Positions 63,333-64,000 of a DNA stretch of 64,000 nucleotides are shown piece by piece (the first letter of the stretch is position 1; each line of letters begins with the position of its first letter). Below the pieces are notes generated by a model. It ran no database searches and had not been told where the DNA came from. It saw only the letters and a list, made by a program, of their open reading frames with translations. Both the position numbers and the translations under genes were made by a program. The DNA comes from Octopus bimaculoides. Lineage: Eukaryota. Location: assembly GCF_001194135.2 (NCBI RefSeq), contig NC_069000.1, positions 46,998,130 to 47,062,129 of the forward strand, in the 5' to 3' direction.

Positions 63333-63796
63333 TCACAAAACACACACACACACAAACATTAGACACACACATACAAACATGCAACCATGTACACACACAT
63401 ACACATACAAACACACATATATTAATAATCCAATATTTTTATTCATAAAACAACAATGCATTTCTTCATATACTTAGAATCCTCCCGTGACTTCTCAGAA
63501 ACCACTCATACACTAACCTCTCTGTTACCAAATTTCAACAAAAGACAAAGTTTAAAAAATTATTTTCTTTATTCAGTTTTTTTTTTCTCATCATATAAAA
63601 ATTATTGATTTCCAATAAAGGCACAGCATCATATAAGAAGATGTAATGTTGTGATACCCATGCCTTTCCTAAGGGGACAAAAAAATAATAAGGGATGGTG
63701 AAATGCCCAAATCCTGGCCATGAAGAGGACTGAATTATCAGAAACAATTGTAATAATAATAATAATAATAATAATAACAATAATATTAATAATAAT

Positions 63797-64000
63797 GGTT
63801 TCAAATACTGGCACAAGGACAGCAATTTTAGGGGAAGGGGTAAATCAATTACATCGACCCAGTATGCAACTGGTACTTATTTTATCAACCCTAGAAGGAT
63901 GAAAGGCAAAGTCAACTTCAGCAGAATTTGAACTCAGAATGTAAAGACAGACGAAATACCACTAAGCATTTTGCCCAGCATACTAACCATTCTGCCATCT
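63797..64000 (-). mobile_element. SINE family A, running to the window edge
   Basis: Reverse-complement core and head. Confidence 0.8.

Overview
Eukaryotic draft-assembly window, not prokaryotic. It is AT-rich, saturated with microsatellites and contains many N gaps. The SINE and LINE families present look like those of Octopus (inference from recall, not a database search). No rRNA, tRNA genes or CRISPR arrays were seen, and most ORFs in the supplied track are microsatellite or N-gap artefacts. I hand-assembled two complete spliced genes arranged head-to-head: BUD13 (minus strand, 5 exons, 27462-34776, about 615 aa) and ASCC2 (plus strand, 17 exons, 37139-48868, about 782 aa). ASCC2 intron 10 has a clear U12 (minor spliceosome) signature. 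A third, unidentified small multi-exon gene (about 115 aa, with microexons) appears to run on the minus strand from about 59019 to 50405, tail-to-tail with ASCC2. The remainder is tRNA-derived SINEs (three families), RTE LINE 3' ends (some identical, so young), R4/Dong-type non-LTR fragments next to (TAA)n tracts, Penelope-like remnants with decayed hammerhead-like cores, and several long inverted repeats that could form dsRNA.
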